A stretch of 61,528 nt of DNA, the filler included, from Choristocarpus tenellus KU-1152 (taxonomy: Eukaryota > Protista > Phaeophyceae), in NCBI GenBank assembly GCA_964200185.2. It is 6 parts of 6 records of this genome, joined end to end, with 100 filler letters (N's around TTAATTAATTAA, not from the genome) between each part and the next. Parts side by side here need not be neighbours in the genome. Positions count along the whole stretch, not along the records: positions 55,402 to 61,528 come from CAXNAD020008877.1; 5 more parts are not named here. One strand, written 5' to 3'. The notes beneath the pieces are model-generated. The model was not told where the DNA came from. It saw only the letters and a program-made list of their open reading frames with translations, and did no database searches. Made by a program: the position numbers and the translations under genes. This document shows positions 61,511-61,528 of the stretch, in pieces. Positions within the stretch are counted from its first letter, which is position 1. Each line of letters opens with the position of its first letter.

Positions 61511-61528
61511 CCTCTTCTCTCCTCTCCT

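Overview
Intron-rich eukaryotic genomic DNA, most consistent with a brown alga or a close photosynthetic stramenopile relative (inferred from very high intron density, TTAGGG motifs, a TLC-type nucleotide translocase and the transposon types). The window consists of six pieces joined by five identical artificial 100-bp spacers (44 N + TTAATTAATTAA + 44 N), so adjacency across spacers is unproven. Host genes reconstructed by hand: a complete 35-exon full-size ABCB1/MDR-type transporter (509-18895, +, 1291 aa, one GC-AG intron); a head-to-head pair comprising a basic protein with an N-terminal UAP56-binding-like motif (-) and LYRM7/MZM1 (+), sharing a 300-bp promoter with a perfect palindrome; three internal exons of a TLC ATP/ADP translocase (-); and the last two exons of an R3HCC1-like gene (-). 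Much of the rest is decayed mobile DNA: a DD39D mariner with a Stowaway-type TIR, a DUF659-type hAT, CRE-like and RTE-like LINE fragments, a weak copia integrase, tRNA-derived relics and an intronless, possibly virus-derived block. The best candidate for something unusual is a probable KDZ (Kyakuja-Dileera-Zisupton)-type element with SWIM-, CxC-, KDZ- and Ulp1-like remnants, apparently interrupted by the hAT, plus a second intron-split Cys-rich relative. No CRISPR array, rRNA or intact tRNA is supported. All family calls come from motif recognition by eye; no database search was run.
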